Of a DNA stretch of 64,000 nt, positions 60,101 through 64,000 are shown one piece after another. The DNA comes from Lepidodermella squamata (Eukaryota > Animalia > Gastrotricha), in contig JBLDXI010000073.1 in NCBI GenBank assembly GCA_047495785.1, positions 248,001-312,000 of the forward strand, written 5' to 3'. The position numbers and the translations under genes are program-made. Under the pieces are notes generated by a model. That model was not told where the DNA came from and made no database searches. It worked only from the letters and a program-made list of their open reading frames with translations. The first letter of the stretch is position 1. Every line of letters starts with the position of its first letter.

Positions 60101-61709
60101 TATGGTAGCAGCTTTTCGGTGGAAAGCTCAAGCTTTCGTTTCTGAAAAATACTCATCATTCTGATAAAAACGAATATAAACACTTTAGTGAAGCAATAAC
60201 CGATATAAAGGGGCGTAGTACAGGGGTGCCGGGGTGCCGAGATACCCCGGCTCCGAGACTCCTAACAGAGAAAGGCTAAATAATCCACAGAGGGGACCCT
60301 TTGGTTTCTTAGGCTCTAGAGACGAACCCCCCTGGCGTTCGAAAACTTCTGAAAAACTTAAGGGGATTTGCAATTTCGAGCTGAAAATGGCTCGATTTAA
60401 CCCCCTTACAGCTTGACCTATAGTCAGAACACTGGCTCATTGCAGTGGAATCTTAGCCTGATCGAAAATTAGCCTCGCAAAACGACGACATATTTGCATA
60501 TTGGCTCCGTTGCGAATTTTGAAATGCGATTTCATATTGCTGAGCAGCTCAGGAAATTCGAGATCAAAAAGACTTTATCGACCAGATATGGACATACTTT
60601 TTTGCGCCGACACTTTTTTGCGCCGACGAAGACGCGTTTGCCAGTCTAACGAGTCCTTAAGGAAAGTTTTTTACTTGATTTTTTCTCTATTAAACATGGA
60701 AAGCTAAGATTCAGGTTAAGATTGCTGAATGAGGCTGTCACTCGAATCGACTTTTATATCTAGAAGATCCTAATCGAAATCCCCGCCTATAATTCGAAAA
60801 TTTGCATCTATCGATTTTCAATATTTCTAAACTACGACGCTCAAATCATGATTTGGCGTGACCGGTAATGCGTGTCTAGCAGGTGGCCCCGGAACCTCCG
60901 AAATCAAGAGTAAAATTATAGTAAAACCTCTCATTCGCGTTATTTTACGTTTGGGATGGCGTGCTAAGTAACAAAAAAGATCGAAAAACCGTCGCAGTTT
61001 CGGTTGGCGTGTCATTGTGTCCCTGCAAACTATAGTCGGCTTGACCACTGATTTCACGGCACCACGTTTCTAACGCCACGCGATTTACTCGTGCTTCGAG
61101 CGGCGTATGGGCAGCCAAGTTCGAATTTGAATTGTCCTGCCAGGTCAAAAGCGAGGCATTACCCAGGTATGGACAAGTCGACTGTCCATAGGATAGCCTC
61201 GACAGGAGGCATTTCGGCCTCATCTCGGCGATGCTTGTCATAGTTCGTTGTATTTTTCAGTTGTTGCTGTATCCAAGTCGAACGACATGCAATATTAACA
61301 AGCACTCCTAAGAATTATATGTATATTAGGAAATCTTAGAATTCGAAAATCGATTCGCAAGCGTTTATAATTTTTTACAAATTCGAATTCACAATCCTGT
61401 TGATGTTTCTCAGAAACTCTTAAAATATAGTATGCTATAAGTCGTAGAAAGAAGAGCTAATAGCCTTTTGGCCTAAAAATCTAGATTATTAAGCAATTGC
61501 CCCAAAATCGGATTTTCGAGCAAATTGCTCTAAAATCTATCGATTTTCGACTGGCGGTTACATATAAATCTAGCGTAATGGGCAAAAAATCTAGTGGGAA
61601 GAGCAAAAACCAGTGAAAAGGGCACGCGATCTATTATTTATTATTCATCACAAACTCTTTTTTATTACGACCATTTCGCTGATTTTTGATTTCTTGAACG
61701 CTAATAACC

Positions 61710-62321
61710 ATGCCAAAGCTGCTTTTACCAAAAAACAGCGAGGAGTATGAGCTTTTCATGAAAGTAGTTACCAGCAGACATGGGGAACGATTCGAAGGCA
61801 TATCCCATGACATGAAACATCAACTGAAATTGCTATTAGTCATTTGTTTCCCTACTGTGGTATCGTGGACGAGAATTTTTAAGTGTCAAGGGTAAGTGGA
61901 GGGTAAGTCAGTAAGTCAGGGCTGTAAGGATGTTTGTCCTTGTAAACGCTGCGGTTTGCTTAGCGGCACCAAATGCCATCCCAAATTGCCGGACTGTCAC
62001 AACAAGCTCTCCACTCTGGCTCAGAAGGCCGCAAATTAAGCCGTCGCTAAGCAGTCAAGTCGGGTTGATGAGCAAATCGAAAAATCACAACCGGGAAATA
62101 AGGTTAGCAACGCGAAGAAATCTAAGCGAGCTGTGGTCGTGGATGATGACGATCCGATCGAGCAGAGGCCGTCTGAAAAGGTGGCTAAAGTAGGAGATGA
62201 AATAGGTGGATGCACCTGTAAACAAGGTTGCAAGGCGAAGTCCAAGAGATGCAAGTGTAAGAACAGTGGAAAATATTGTGTTAAAGATTGTCACGGCGGG
62301 AAAAAGGGCCAAAACGTGTGA
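61710..62321 (+). pseudogene. Degenerate gene/TE remnant with two CXC-like Cys clusters
   Basis: QGCKDVCPCKRCGLLSGTKCHPKLPDCHNK, an in-frame TAA at ~62038, then GCTCKQGCKAKSKRCKCKNSGKYCVKDCH. Confidence 0.45.
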
Positions 62322-64000
62322 TTCCGTGTTATAAATTGAGTGTGTTGAGGAGAAACGGAAATAAAATATTCCCCTTGCTTTGAATTTCGTTTTTGTTTGA
62401 AAATCTAGATTTTTGAGGGAGCTTTATAAAAAGATCTAGATTTTTCAGCGATTTGCTCCACTTACGTCAATAATAATAATTTGCCCTTAAATCTAGATTT
62501 TTATGGAGGAATAGAAATGGAGTTGGAACTGCGCTCAGGTTATTTGATGGAGCGCGCGCGCGCAGCCGCTCGCTTACTTACAATAGAGCGTGTTACGCAA
62601 CCGCTGTAGTGCATTGCCGCAAGCCGCAAGTGCTTCTGCGGTAAAACTAACGCCGCGTGCGGTAAAAATTAACATACGCGGCGGCGTTAGTTTTACCGCA
62701 CGAGCATTAAGGTAACCTTATTTGCGTGCTGCGGTAAAATACTTACCGTCAAATGGAGACTTGTACCGAAACGCTAACGAGCTGTAGCCTTCAGCAGGCG
62801 CAATTGATGACGATTCGCAATCAGGTATCAGGAATTACCTGAAAAACCTCCAAACCAAGAAAAATATCAAATTTACCGTTATTTGTAACATCTCTTTCTT
62901 AATCCCAATCCCGATTAGACTTGGCAACTCAAAGGGTGTTAGTCATGGATGTCGCCAGATCCATTATCAGTGCTGTCTTTGTATATCCACTATATTTAAG
63001 GTCGGTGGTCGACCCTTCACCCTTCAATTAGCTGCCGTTGAATAATAAGCGCAGCGAGCTTTACCTGACGGTATTTTTGGAGATTTTTTGTCGGGAGTAG
63101 CCGGAAATCGCTTAAAAAATCCTCCTCCATTGGCCTCATAACGGGATTTCTCTAATCACCGAAGTTCCAAACCAAAATGATGGAAGATAACTATTTTTCT
63201 CAATTCCACTGAAATCATAAAATTTTAAACTGCCCGACCGAGCTGGGGTGTCGCTTCGATAAGGCTGTAATGGCGTTGCACCCTTTTTCTCGTGAGTAAG
63301 CAGTGTATCCTAAATTATGTCTATGGCGTTCGCGCACAAGTCCACATTTACCCACTGGTTACACCATTAATGTTGGGGGCCGCGCGAAAGGGGCCCCGGA
63401 ATTGAGCCTATAAAAATGCTACACCATGAACATGATGCATAATTTCGGAATTCTGGACTGCAGAGATAAAGCGGAACGCAGCTTACATGGGAAGTTTCAG
63501 CACGATAGATAGCAACACGTAGTCTTTTTGCGCAATTATTTGCGAATGGGCTTCATATCAAATTATGCTATCTGCACTTGTCATTTATTAGCTTACTATT
63601 TCGCTTGCTACAGCAAGTTTTGCTCATTTTTGCCAGCAACATTATCAAGCAATAGTTGATTTATTGGCTCCGGAATTTATCCCTGGCAGCTCCACGATCC
63701 AAGACTTTGAGCTTGGATTAAATCGTCAACCCCAATGTCAATGGTACCCGAACAAAACAAAGTTTATCAATTGCGAATTGTTAGAGTTATTTAGCGTTAT
63801 TTCGAATTAGGGTTTTTCGGAATTTAATTTGAAATTAGCGTAATTGATAATGATCATTGATCATGTGTTGTTCGTAAAGTGATTACCAGGCTTTGTACGG
63901 AAAATCACGGATAATTTAATAGTCATCACATAGACAACACTGTAACAGAAAGAGGAAACCAACGATATTTCCATAGTGAAGAGTGGTTTTGATTTGATTT

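Noticed and set aside
60827-61241. Minus-strand ORFs (also 59115-59420)
   Set aside because: Short, with no identifiable family or supported exon structure.

Overview
AT-rich, repeat-rich window from a metazoan (probably invertebrate) genome with short ~45-60 nt GT-AG introns, so most genes appear only after splicing the ORF fragments. It holds a tandem family of Ly6/uPAR (three-finger, 10-Cys, CCxxxLCN) surface-protein genes: six loci, two of them repeated by a duplication, in various states of decay. Inside this cluster are two paralogous genes with an unusual secreted architecture: signal peptide - trypsin-like serine protease - 2 sushi/CCP - polybasic RxRR site - Cys-capped ankyrin repeats. 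The copy at 22453-25020 splices into an intact 695-aa ORF; the copy at 17696-20431 is damaged. A 2.16-kb TA-flanked TIR element carries two convergent spliced orphan genes and no transposase, and sits inside the 3' end of an S-adenosylmethionine synthetase pseudogene. Other elements: a Tigger/pogo element with a HIRAN-like passenger, an intact intron-containing Tc1/IS630-type transposase with D..D31E spacing, LINE fragments, many MITEs/foldbacks (some with back-to-back tRNA-like Pol III units), and a near-perfect 10.25-kb tandem duplication (38058-58553). All calls come from manual reading of the sequence; no database searches were run.
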